IMG/VR virus record: IMGVR_UViG_3300030055_000003
DNA length: 64,000 nt
Origin: a virus
Lineage: Duplodnaviria; Caudoviricetes
Reading direction: 5' to 3' (one strand)
In this document: positions 49,665 to 59,469 of the stretch, piece after piece
Numbering within the stretch: position 1 is the first letter of the stretch
How the letters are laid out: each line of letters starts with the position of its first letter
Position numbers and translations under genes: made by a program
The notes under the pieces: model-generated
The model's database searches: none
Seen by the model: only the letters and a program-made list of their open reading frames with translations
Told to the model about the DNA's origin: nothing

Positions 49665-50921
49665 CTATTCTTGAAAAGATAAAGCAAACCTAGCTTCTTT
49701 ATCAACTATCCCAATTTTTTGTTCAAGTCTTACTATGTATGATTTAAAGTCTATTTCCTTATTGTCATCTAATTTAAATGATTTGATTACATTTTGTAAG
49801 GTGTCTTTTTGTTCTTGTGTTAGTTCATCTATTATTAAAGTTATTCTTAAACTGATTTCAAATGATTTACATAATTCTTTTTCAAATTTTCTGTCAACTT
49901 CTCTTTCTTTAATATTAGGATATATATTTTCCATCCATACTTTTATTTTTCTTCTTAAGTTTTCATTTTCATTTACATACTCAATTATCTTATCTGTCCA
50001 ATTATTAATAGTATCTCTCCTTATGTTATTATCAGTAACAATACTAAAATTAGATGCAAACCTCATTAATTGAGGGATTATATGACCATTAAAATATTCA
50101 AATTTTTCTTTACTTTTTAATTTCCCTTCTCCATAGCATTCATACTCTATTAAATTTACTTTAAAAGGAGAATTGTTGTTTTTATTATAGATTATCATTA
50201 TTGCATCTGGTATAGTTTCGATTCCAATAACTCTATCTTTGTTTGAATTTTTAATTGATGTAGTTTTAAACTTTCTATTATCTGAAATCAAAATACTATC
50301 TTCCTCTTGGAAATGGGTAAATAAATTGTAAAAATTATCACTAACTAACCCTTCTAATCCCATAACTTTATCAGTTTCATTTTTGAATTTAATAGTTTGA
50401 AAAGTTCCCATTATATCTAGTTTTTCATTGTTTTCTTCACAAATTTCTTCAGTATCAATACTATTATTAGAATCTTCCTCCTTTTGTTGAATTTCTTTTT
50501 TATATTCATCAAATATGAAAACATTATTAATTTTGTTTTCATTGAATGTATTGTTTAATAAATCTACAGTAGTTTCGTTTTTAATAGTTTTAGACATTTG
50601 TAATATTTTTGCTCCCCAGTATTTCCCTTCGTATTGTTTGACTATATTTATGGCAAAAGGTTGACAATATTCCAAATTAATAATATTAAAGCATTGAACA
50701 TATTTATCTGCATCTTCCCAAGGTTTGTAATCGGTAGGTGCGTCAAGAATTCCTCTAGCACCACAAACTGTAACTTTATCCACTTTAACTACAATATATA
50801 TAATATCTCCTTTTTCTGCTATTCTTTGTGCAAAACCTGCTACTTTTTCATTAATACATAAATAATAATTATCTATCATTTTAGAACAATTTAAAACTCT
50901 AGCACTTACCATAATAATCAC
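49665..50921 (-). CDS. Putative EVE/PUA-like domain plus PD-(D/E)xK-like nuclease
   Basis: N-terminal N...C...VAG...GDIIY...CGARG...PW.D; C-terminal IPDAIMI...LIEYE. Confidence 0.45.
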   Translation of the reverse strand: MIIMVSARVLNCSKMIDNYYLCINEKVAGFAQRIAEKGDIIYIVVKVDKVTVCGARGILDAPTDYKPWEDADKYVQCFNIINLEYCQPFAINIVKQYEGKYWGAKILQMSKTIKNETTVDLLNNTFNENKINNVFIFDEYKKEIQQKEEDSNNSIDTEEICEENNEKLDIMGTFQTIKFKNETDKVMGLEGLVSDNFYNLFTHFQEEDSILISDNRKFKTTSIKNSNKDRVIGIETIPDAIMIIYNKNNNSPFKVNLIEYECYGEGKLKSKEKFEYFNGHIIPQLMRFASNFSIVTDNNIRRDTINNWTDKIIEYVNENENLRRKIKVWMENIYPNIKEREVDRKFEKELCKSFEISLRITLIIDELTQEQKDTLQNVIKSFKLDDNKEIDFKSYIVRLEQKIGIVDKEARFALSFQE

Positions 50922-51011
50922 TCTTTTCCTTATTTATGTATTAATACTATCAGATTTTACCTATAAAATAAATATAAATTATATTTGATATGTTTATTTA
51001 TGTATTTTAAT

Positions 51012-51740
51012 TTATTTTTTATATGTAAATAGCTTTTCAGTTCTGATATTCTTACCATCACCAGCTACTTTATTACTATCAATGTTTACTATAATTTCTT
51101 TCTGCCATATACATTCAAATTCTTCAGGCATATTATATTCACTTATTAAAACTGTATTATGTACGCTCATATCTTTTACCCATTTATAAAATTCTTCATA
51201 TGGAAACTTTTCTGTTTTATATTTTGTAGTGTCTCTATATGGTATGTCACAATAGATGATGTAGTTATTAATTTTATCCAATGGTAAATCTAAAAAGCTT
51301 GTACATTTGAAATCAATACCTTCTAAGTTAGGAGCTTGTTTTTTTAGATTTTTAATTGCACCTGCTGACCATTTACCACTATTATCATCTTTACTATCTC
51401 TAGCGTATCCACCAAAATACTTAGCACTAAAACTAGCACAGAATCCAACTAAACCCACAAACCATTTTTCATATTTATCCTTATTATTTTTGACTTCTAT
51501 GTACTTATCTTCTAATATTCTTTCGGGCAATAAACCACTAAATTCTTGTGCATATTTTAATAGTTCAATTAATTCCTCATGTATATCACAACCTATACGT
51601 TTCTTACATTGTATTTTATCAATCATATTTGCCCCACCTACGAATGGTTCTAAATATCCCTTAGTATTTTGGGTTATGTATGATTGTATAATTGGTGCTA
51701 ATTCTTTGCTTAATTTATTTTTACTTCCTACATATCTCAT
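51012..51740 (-). CDS. D12-class N6-adenine DNA methyltransferase (Dam-like)
   Basis: RYVGSK, EPFVGGANM, YCDIPY, LISEY. Confidence 0.85.
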   Translation of the reverse strand: MRYVGSKNKLSKELAPIIQSYITQNTKGYLEPFVGGANMIDKIQCKKRIGCDIHEELIELLKYAQEFSGLLPERILEDKYIEVKNNKDKYEKWFVGLVGFCASFSAKYFGGYARDSKDDNSGKWSAGAIKNLKKQAPNLEGIDFKCTSFLDLPLDKINNYIIYCDIPYRDTTKYKTEKFPYEEFYKWVKDMSVHNTVLISEYNMPEEFECIWQKEIIVNIDSNKVAGDGKNIRTEKLFTYKK

Positions 51741-51743
51741 TTA

Positions 51744-52499
51744 TTATATTCCTTCTTTCTTTATTATTTCTATTAATTTATTTCTATAGCTATTATGTAT
51801 AAATAATTTTTCTGTATCTTGTTTTCTGCTATTCTTATCTAATGTAGTAGTTAAAGTCTTTTCATAGATGCATTTAAAATCGTCTGGGGCATTATATTCA
51901 CTGACCAATACTATATTAGTTTCACTCCATTCTCTAACCTTGTCCCAAAATAATTCATAATCAAAATCTTTGCTAGAACCATATTTTGTTGTTCCTTGAT
52001 ATGGAGGATCACAATATATTAGATTGCTTGTTGGATTTAATTCTGTATAATCTGAATGTATAAATTTAGTATCTAATAATCTATCTCTTTGTTTTAATAT
52101 ATTTCTTATAGCTTCATCATAATAATCTCTAATAGTTCCTATTTTAGTATTTACTTTTCCTGCATATCCTCCAAACCATTTAGAATTATATGTAGCACAG
52201 AATCCAGCTATAGCAACTAATGATTGTCCATATTCATCTTTATTATTTTTAATGTTATTATACATTTCTCTACTCATTTCTGAAGGTGGATTCCAACCAT
52301 CTATTAAATCATTCCATAAAGCCATTAGATATTTATTATTATCATAACCTATTTTATTTTTGCATTGAATATGTTCCATCATATTAGCACCACCAACAAA
52401 AGGTTCTATGTACGCATCAACATTATTCTCTTTTATTAATTTATTTATTATTGGAGATATATCTTTTGACAATCTCGCTTTGCTACCCATATATTTCAT
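51744..52499 (-). CDS. D12-class N6-adenine DNA methyltransferase (Dam-like)
   Basis: KYMGSK, EPFVGGANM, YCDPPY, LVSEY. Confidence 0.88.
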   Translation of the reverse strand: MKYMGSKARLSKDISPIINKLIKENNVDAYIEPFVGGANMMEHIQCKNKIGYDNNKYLMALWNDLIDGWNPPSEMSREMYNNIKNNKDEYGQSLVAIAGFCATYNSKWFGGYAGKVNTKIGTIRDYYDEAIRNILKQRDRLLDTKFIHSDYTELNPTSNLIYCDPPYQGTTKYGSSKDFDYELFWDKVREWSETNIVLVSEYNAPDDFKCIYEKTLTTTLDKNSRKQDTEKLFIHNSYRNKLIEIIKKEGI

Positions 52500-52609
52500 T
52501 TATATTATTCGCTCCTTTTATATTTATTTTAATTTATTATCACTTGATAAAATAGCCATTTTATGTAAATATTTGAGAGCTACAGACTAGCTATAGCCTC
52601 ATTATATCA

Positions 52610-53224
52610 TTATCCAACTTGTTCTGTAAATTTAATATCTGAAATTTTTATTTTTCCAGTAATTAACCTATCCCATTGTTCAATATACGCCTTGACAAAA
52701 TCATTTGGGGTATTTATACCATTAGGATACTTATCTTCTTCTATGGAAAATCCTCTTTCTACTGATCCTCCGTCAGTCTGTTTAAGTAAACTTAATAAAT
52801 ACTTAGATATTTCTGAATTAGAATTTAATTCAATTTTCCATTCTAAAAATGATAAAGGAATAACATATAACATTTCATTATTTATAATTATAAAATCTAT
52901 ACCTCTATTCTTATCAAATGTATTTGCTTTATTAACCATATTTACAATGGTTTTTAACATTTTTATCACATTAAATTCATTGTTGATACATTCCTTAATT
53001 AACCACTGAGAATATTTTGTATGAAATCTTACATATTCAACCATTCCTTTTTTCATATTTTGAATATTATACCTTTTACATAAATCTTGAGATTTTCTTT
53101 TTTCATTCAACATATTAATATTGAATTCAGATAATAAAGCTTCTTGTATAAAATCCTTAGACATTTTAAAATTATCACTTATCATAGGACTATTTATCCA
53201 ATATTCGCTCATAATTAAGCACAT
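52610..53224 (-). CDS. Hypothetical protein
   Basis: 204-aa co-oriented ORF. Confidence 0.55.
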   Translation of the reverse strand: MCLIMSEYWINSPMISDNFKMSKDFIQEALLSEFNINMLNEKRKSQDLCKRYNIQNMKKGMVEYVRFHTKYSQWLIKECINNEFNVIKMLKTIVNMVNKANTFDKNRGIDFIIINNEMLYVIPLSFLEWKIELNSNSEISKYLLSLLKQTDGGSVERGFSIEEDKYPNGINTPNDFVKAYIEQWDRLITGKIKISDIKFTEQVG

Positions 53225-53300
53225 CCTTTCAAATTAATCAATGTTATTATATCCGCATATTTGAAAGAATATACATATTTCCAATTTTTCTTATTTTTAA

Positions 53301-54080
53301 TTAATTTATTTTAATATATTCTTTCTTTTTAAAGTCTATTGGTTTAAATAAATCTATGTCCTCTATAATATCTATAATTGTTCTTTTTTCACATCTATTT
53401 AACTTTGTATATCCTTGTAAGAATCCTTTAACTTTCCATAACCATTCATTATTCTCCAGTAAAGAATTATAAGTATCCTTTTTATAATTCTTTTTAAATT
53501 CTTCTGCCTGTATCAAAGTCAAGAATACATATTTTACTGGAATAGCTTTTTTATATTCTCTTGTATAGATTTGTTTACACTCAATTCTATCAATTGTATT
53601 TAAAAAAATATCATTCCAACGTTCAGAATATATCCAAACTTGAAGTCTACTAACTAAAACTTGATTATCAGATTTTTCACATTCTCTCTTTTGAATTTCC
53701 ACATACTTGAATTGCAATTCATCAAATAAACAAATATATTCATCATCTTCTTTATTGAAAGAATAATAGTAATTACCTTCATTATTCTTATAAACTTTTT
53801 TAGTTTCACTGTCTTCAATCTGCTTTTCCAAATAAATTGTTATTATAGGTCTATAACTTCTTCCTTTATCATCAGTTTTTCTAGCCTTAGCTTTTTTTAA
53901 CATTACTTTTTCATTATTGATAGAAACTCTTGTTCCTCCTACTTTGACCGATATAAATTCATCTATGTAACCTAAAAGGTTATTATTATTATCAATTATG
54001 CAATAATAATCATTAGATAATATTTCATAATCTTGTATTAATATGTAGTCCATTTTTACGCATCTCCTTATTAATATCAC
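53301..54080 (-). CDS. Hypothetical protein
   Basis: Co-oriented ORF; SD before MDYIL. Confidence 0.55.
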   Translation of the reverse strand: MILIRRCVKMDYILIQDYEILSNDYYCIIDNNNNLLGYIDEFISVKVGGTRVSINNEKVMLKKAKARKTDDKGRSYRPIITIYLEKQIEDSETKKVYKNNEGNYYYSFNKEDDEYICLFDELQFKYVEIQKRECEKSDNQVLVSRLQVWIYSERWNDIFLNTIDRIECKQIYTREYKKAIPVKYVFLTLIQAEEFKKNYKKDTYNSLLENNEWLWKVKGFLQGYTKLNRCEKRTIIDIIEDIDLFKPIDFKKKEYIKIN

Positions 54081-54133
54081 AATTTTAGATTAAATTATAA
54101 TTTATTTTTATATTCACTTAACATTTTACTTAC

Positions 54134-54556
54134 TTATATATAACATTCGGTACAATATAACATATAACCATTCTCAGTTTTAGTTGGTAACTCATCTTTG
54201 TATCTTAAATCAAAATCTTCATAAAATTCTTTCTTACAACTAGGACAATAACATTTTATAGATGTTGTATTTATATTAAATGTTACATAACCAATATCTT
54301 GAGCTTTAATATTGTACACATTACAATATTTCATAAATTCATTAATATCATCAAATCCAATAAATTTACTATCATATAATCCTTTATTGGTAATAAATAA
54401 GAATGGATTTTTAATATCTTATATAGTTGGTTTTAATATTACTTTCACATATTCTTTATTTTTTAAATAATAATCTGTATCAAAACAGGCTATATATTGT
54501 TTAAAATTAGGTTCTGTTCTTAGTATTATATTTTTAGTTTTCTTTGTTAATTTCAT
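54134..54556 (-). pseudogene. Nonsense-interrupted copy of the 15210-15629 gene
   Basis: ATG at 54556 (MKLTKKTKNIILRTEPNF...); CAA-to-TAA at 54419-54421; frame continues to CTECYI. Confidence 0.8.
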
Positions 54557-54721
54557 CAGTTCCTCCTTTAATAATTACGAATATCTTTAAATTTAACCGA
54601 TATATTCACTCCATATTCTTTTAACCTTTTAATTTTCTTTTGACATTTAATGTACTTCTTAACCTTTTTATAAAATCTTATTGGATTTAATATCATTCAA
54701 TCACCGCTTACTTCTATTAAT

Positions 54722-54916
54722 TTATTTAGTTCTTAATTTAAATAACTCATTTTGTATAATTAATGATTTAAATTCATATATAGGCATGTCATCATTATAG
54801 TTAGAAAAACTATTTATATCTATCCCTAAAGCTACTAACTTTTCATCCAACTCCTTTTCACTATATCCTGAATAATCTTCATAAAAATTACATTTAGATC
54901 TTAATCCTCTTTTCAT
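54722..54916 (-). CDS. Short paralog of 21861-22211
   Basis: RGLRSKCNFYEDYSGYSEKELDEKL...KSLIIQNELFKLR. Confidence 0.65.
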   Translation of the reverse strand: MKRGLRSKCNFYEDYSGYSEKELDEKLVALGIDINSFSNYNDDMPIYEFKSLIIQNELFKLRTK

Positions 54917-54917
54917 A

Positions 54918-55325
54918 TTATTCGCCTTCTCTCAAATAATCAAACCTTTTTAAATATATATATTTCTTTTTAAAGTCATTAGGTAGCTTACTCCATTGTT
55001 CATCTGAATATATTTCATGTTGTCTTCCTTTAACTCTATGACCTACAAAATATCCATATCCTCCACATTTAGGGCAATACTCATCATCTTCATTGTCTAT
55101 ACTAGATGACTCTTGATAGCCACAACTATCACAATAAGCTATTTCTTCTATATTTTCTTTAGTAATATCTATGATTATTTTCTTGCCTTTATAATACCAA
55201 GTTGGCTTTCTACCCTTTAATTTAGTTACCATTTCAAACAATATTCTTTCTACAACAGCAGTATCTTTAGAACTATGAATATAATTTTGAAAATTTTTAA
55301 TTTCTGATAAGTTTACTGTTTCCAT
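54918..55325 (-). CDS. Hypothetical zinc-finger protein
   Basis: YCDSCG...YCPKCGG. Confidence 0.6.
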   Translation of the reverse strand: METVNLSEIKNFQNYIHSSKDTAVVERILFEMVTKLKGRKPTWYYKGKKIIIDITKENIEEIAYCDSCGYQESSSIDNEDDEYCPKCGGYGYFVGHRVKGRQHEIYSDEQWSKLPNDFKKKYIYLKRFDYLREGE

Positions 55326-55386
55326 CTTTGTACCTCATACTTTCTATTAGTTTATTTCCTTTTAAAATTCACCATTTATTGGAATG

Positions 55387-55578
55387 TTATTTAGACTTTA
55401 ATTTATCTTCTATTTCTTTCAAAGTATATCCATCACATATGTACTCCATATCCTTATCAAAGCATGTCCAAAATGAACTACCACTATCAAATCCAAATGC
55501 TTTATCAAGTATACAATTATATTTATTTTCAATACTTTTCTTTGTTAAACTCATAATTATCTCCTTCCTACATTCCAT
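55387..55578 (-). CDS. Hypothetical protein
   Basis: Co-oriented ORF. Confidence 0.5.
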   Translation of the reverse strand: MECRKEIIMSLTKKSIENKYNCILDKAFGFDSGSSFWTCFDKDMEYICDGYTLKEIEDKLKSK

Positions 55579-55835
55579 AGTAAATTATTTTTCTTATATA
55601 TCGTTTCTAATAATATTTTTTGATACCATTTTAATTTAATACCTAAATAATCTTCGGCAAAATCTACTTGACTCTTGTATTTATTCTTAAACTTTATAAA
55701 TTCTTCTTTCCATATTTTATCTGTAATTTCTTCACAAATACTTCTATATTTTTCTTTAGAATAGTAATATGTACTTGAAATAATGTTATCTAACTCTTTA
55801 GAGAAATTCCATAATTCAAGCCTTTCTTCATTCAT
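55557..55835 (-). CDS. Small protein ending in a terminase N-terminal-like motif
   Basis: DFAEDYLGIKLKWYQKILL...LLWNVGRR. Confidence 0.55.
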   Translation of the reverse strand: MNEERLELWNFSKELDNIISSTYYYSKEKYRSICEEITDKIWKEEFIKFKNKYKSQVDFAEDYLGIKLKWYQKILLETIYKKNNLLWNVGRR

Positions 55836-55837
55836 AT

Positions 55838-56212
55838 CTATCTCACTCCTTCAATCTTCTTGATTTTATTCATTAATGATTCCTGCTTATATATTTCAAC
55901 CTCTAATCGTAAATTGTAATTCGCTTTAAGAATACTATCATATTCTTTTCTTAACCCCTTATAAGCCTTATCAAATCCATTTTTGATCTCATCTATGTAT
56001 TCTAAGTCATTAATCTTAATTGACTTAACTATAGGGTTTATTTCCTGTTTGTTTGCTTGATTCTTTAACATTACATTAGTAAAAGTCAGTTTCTTTATAC
56101 TCTTATCTTTCTCCTTAATCTTATCTTGAATCAGTAAACATAAGTTTTCTGAGTGCATATTGATTCCTAGTACATTTGCTATTCTTTGTAATTCATTTGT
56201 CATTTTAATCAT
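55838..56212 (-). CDS. Coiled-coil hypothetical protein
   Basis: Co-oriented ORF. Confidence 0.55.
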   Translation of the reverse strand: MIKMTNELQRIANVLGINMHSENLCLLIQDKIKEKDKSIKKLTFTNVMLKNQANKQEINPIVKSIKINDLEYIDEIKNGFDKAYKGLRKEYDSILKANYNLRLEVEIYKQESLMNKIKKIEGVR

Positions 56213-56397
56213 CCTTCTTTCATTTATTATTATCTTAATTTGTTTCCTTTGAATATTTAGCTTTCAAATCATAAACCCTATTGCATATTGTTTTTTCATT
56301 AATCATTTCATTATATGCACATTTATAACAGCTATTAAATTTACATTCTTTGTCAATAATTCTATCAGCTTCTAATATTAATTCTTTAATCATATAT

Positions 56398-56820
56398 TTA
56401 TTCCTCCTCTAAGAACTTATTACATACAAAATTATTATAATCTTTTATTTGTGTATATAATCCTATTAAATCTTCCATAACTTTATCCTTGACATAACAT
56501 CCAGCAAAAGTATCTAATTGAAATTGCCCTATTATTTCATCTGTAGCCTTTGGACATGATTTTAATAATCTTTCTTTAGCCAATTCATCAGCTTGATTCT
56601 TATTTAAAAATGGTTTTATTCTTTTTTCTATTACTTTAGATATAAATTTTCTTTTATCTTTAAAGTAATTAATTGTTTCTAATTTTAATTCATTTTGTTC
56701 ATATTTTGTATTTAGTAAATCACACAATTCTTCTGTTATTTGTTCTCCATAATAATATTTGTCTTTATATTCAATCCAACTGCCTATAGTTAATCCAAAT
56801 CTTATTTTACTTTTATTCAT
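56398..56820 (-). CDS. Hypothetical protein
   Basis: ORF with SD. Confidence 0.55.
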   Translation of the reverse strand: MNKSKIRFGLTIGSWIEYKDKYYYGEQITEELCDLLNTKYEQNELKLETINYFKDKRKFISKVIEKRIKPFLNKNQADELAKERLLKSCPKATDEIIGQFQLDTFAGCYVKDKVMEDLIGLYTQIKDYNNFVCNKFLEEE

Positions 56821-57021
56821 TTTATATTCCTCCTCACTCTTCTTAAAATCTCAATTTATTTAGTTATATTTCTATTAATTTATTGACTACCATACTATTT
56901 TTAATTCTTCTTGGATTTCTTGGTCAATGTTATTTATAGTAATATATACTTTAAATAAGCCACTTAACACAATCAATCCAAATGTAAACATTATTAATTT
57001 TAACATACTTTTATCCTCCTC

Positions 57022-57687
57022 TTAATGATTAGTTACACTCTTTTTTCTATCAATGAATTCTATATACTGTTCTTTTTCATTGATTATATATCTTTTATAA
57101 GCTGACTTCCTATTCTCAATTACATTATTTTTATTCTTTTCTGAAGTATATCTTAATTTAATATTACTACCTTTAAATTTAGGGACTCTTTCAGATGCTT
57201 CATATATTTTACTTTCATCTGAATTAAATTCATTCAAATCATCACTTGCTTTTTTACTATAAACAATATTGTTAACTATATTTTCTACTTCTTCTAAAAT
57301 ATCCCCAGTCATTTCTAATTGCCTTTTATGATATCCGTTTTCAAAATTCAATTTTTCCAAACTATTTGCTTGTCCATTAATGTTTGATTCTTTTATAGAA
57401 AATCCTCCTAATTGTTTAATTAATAATTCCATAGTTTTTAACTCATTCTTTGTTGTTCTCCTTGCTTTTCTTAATTTGTTTAATGCTTTGCAAAACTTCC
57501 ATCCAGTATACAAACTAAACTTTTCTAACCCTTCAATCTTATGTAATAAATCCTGTTGAACATCATTAAATACTTTATCTTTTATCCTAAGTTTATTATA
57601 ATATTCTTTAGCTTCTGTAATTTGTTTATTAATTTCATTGGCATAATCTACTGCAATACACATTTTCATCTTTCCTTTCACTATCAT
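57022..57687 (-). CDS. Helical hypothetical protein, first gene after a promoter
   Basis: QQDLLHKIE...LRKARR..KNEL. Confidence 0.6.
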   Translation of the reverse strand: MIVKGKMKMCIAVDYANEINKQITEAKEYYNKLRIKDKVFNDVQQDLLHKIEGLEKFSLYTGWKFCKALNKLRKARRTTKNELKTMELLIKQLGGFSIKESNINGQANSLEKLNFENGYHKRQLEMTGDILEEVENIVNNIVYSKKASDDLNEFNSDESKIYEASERVPKFKGSNIKLRYTSEKNKNNVIENRKSAYKRYIINEKEQYIEFIDRKKSVTNH

Positions 57688-57710
57688 TCTATTAATTTGT
57701 TTATATTAAC

Positions 57711-57739
57711 AGTATAGTCTTGCCACATCTAAATGTCAA
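57711..57739 (-). promoter_or_regulatory. Sigma-A promoter
   Basis: TTGACA-17-TATACT. Confidence 0.7.
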
Positions 57740-57768
57740 TAGATTTCATGTTATTTTATATTAATTTA

Positions 57769-59364
57769 TTAAATATGTATTGATCTATTATCATATTGAA
57801 AATGCAATCCCTTGTATTCCTGTCCTGTATTGCAAGCATGAGTTATTCCTTTTCTATAAAGTTTTATTCCAAATTCTTTTTCACTATTTGTATAACATTC
57901 ATTTATTGATGTAAATTCTTTATTATACTCTATATTTATAATTGATTTTTTACTAGAATCTCTTATAAATTTCTTATATTCTATTAATCCCTCATCTTCC
58001 GCTTGTTTTAAATAATCTCCTATTACTGTATTATCTAAATTAAGTAGTCTACCTATTTCAGAAGCATTATGTATTCCATTATTCCATAATTCAATTGCAT
58101 TAATTACATTTTTATCATGAATTTCTACTGCTGATATATAATTGCATAGATTATATTCTCTTGCCCTTTTTAAGTACCTCTTAACAGTTTTAAAATCTAT
58201 ATCCATTATTTTAGCAATCTCCATATGTCCTACTCCTTGATTATAATATTCACAAGCTTTAACTAAATACGAACTTAAAGATTCTTGTTCACATAAATTC
58301 CAATTAATTTTAGATATATCAAATAGTTTATTAATTTTTTCATTGTTTAATATATTATTTTTTATGTATTCAAATTTACTATACCTACAGTCAATTACTA
58401 TGTAATTTTCTTCTTTTATATTATTACTTAAAGCTAGTTTTTCTTTTAATTTATCATTTTCAGACTCTTCGTAATAACTTCTTCTAGAAAAACTACATTC
58501 TTCATAATGCTGAAGTCCATTTGTTTCTATCACAATGTTATTATGTTCTATATAAAAATCATATTCTTTGTTACCACATAAAGACTCTATTTCTGATAAT
58601 ACATTTTTAGACCAATCAAAATGTTTATGTCTTTTTATTTGTAAATTTAATTGTTTAAGTAGATTATATGTAAATTTTTCACCATAACTAAATCCGTCAG
58701 AACAAACTTGACAACAAATATCTTTTTCTCGATATAATGTAGATATTGCCATATTATCTCTTGGAACTTTACAAATCGGACAATGTAATAATCCTTTGTC
58801 TTGGCTTCCAAATGTTCTTGATTCTGCATCTTTAGTATTTTTAAAAAACTTAACCATCCACGGGTCTGTATCAGCGATTGTATTAATTCCTAAAACTGGT
58901 ACTTTATTAGAGCAACATCCACAACCTTGTTTCTTTTTCAAATTTCCCTCATTTATTCTTCCATTTTCCCAACCACATTCTAAGCATTCAAATATATATT
59001 CTTTTGTATTATCATTTTTATTTCTTGATTGTTCTTTAATCTTTATTTTTCCAGTAGATACTTCGATAATATCTCCTACATTGTAATAATGTTTACGTGT
59101 ATTTATTCCTAATAATTCACCTAATTGGCAATTCTGAAAATTACCTGTCCATATGTAAAATATATCTTTATTTAAATATTTTAAACCTAATATAGTTAGA
59201 CTATTTTCTCTTTTTACTTCTACAATTTCAACCCAACCTTCTTTATCATAATAAATAAATTTAACTTTATGACTTTTACATTCAAACCAATTTATTAAAC
59301 TATTGTTATTCTTTTTTCTAGGTAAATTTTCTAAAAATACTTTTCTAATTTTATTTTCTTTCAT
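57769..59364 (-). CDS. Free-standing Vsr/EDxHD-like endonuclease with zinc ribbons, HTH and NUMOD1-like tail; paralog of 15691-17157
   Basis: RKVFLENLP...INW, CxxC repeats, YDFYI...IETNGLQHY, IVIDC. Confidence 0.65.
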   Translation of the reverse strand: MKENKIRKVFLENLPRKKNNNSLINWFECKSHKVKFIYYDKEGWVEIVEVKRENSLTILGLKYLNKDIFYIWTGNFQNCQLGELLGINTRKHYYNVGDIIEVSTGKIKIKEQSRNKNDNTKEYIFECLECGWENGRINEGNLKKKQGCGCCSNKVPVLGINTIADTDPWMVKFFKNTKDAESRTFGSQDKGLLHCPICKVPRDNMAISTLYREKDICCQVCSDGFSYGEKFTYNLLKQLNLQIKRHKHFDWSKNVLSEIESLCGNKEYDFYIEHNNIVIETNGLQHYEECSFSRRSYYEESENDKLKEKLALSNNIKEENYIVIDCRYSKFEYIKNNILNNEKINKLFDISKINWNLCEQESLSSYLVKACEYYNQGVGHMEIAKIMDIDFKTVKRYLKRAREYNLCNYISAVEIHDKNVINAIELWNNGIHNASEIGRLLNLDNTVIGDYLKQAEDEGLIEYKKFIRDSSKKSIINIEYNKEFTSINECYTNSEKEFGIKLYRKGITHACNTGQEYKGLHFQYDNRSIHI

Positions 59365-59404
59365 TAACTATTCTCCTCTATTAATTTATTTTTAATATTA
59401 CAAA

Positions 59405-59439
59405 GAACACAAACCAAGATTACTCCTAGTTTGTGTCTT
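59405..59439 (-). terminator. Terminator closing the MazF-peptide operon
   Basis: AGACACAAACUAGG-AGUAAU-CUUGGUUUGUGUUCU then UUGU; G-U pairs on the minus strand. Confidence 0.6.
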
Positions 59440-59469
59440 GTTGTTATGTATTTGTTTTAGTTACAATTC

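Larger units (their letters stand above)
7872..57701 (-). repeat. Dispersed 15-bp motif A, AA(T/C)AAATTAATAGAA
   Basis: Exact plus-strand TTCTATTAATTT(A/G)TT starting at 7872, 9565, 9857, 12510, 12576, 17177, 27029, 35638, 37929, 39554, 41595, 46291, 46352, 51768, 54712, 56870 and 57687, plus many variants. Confidence 0.9.
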
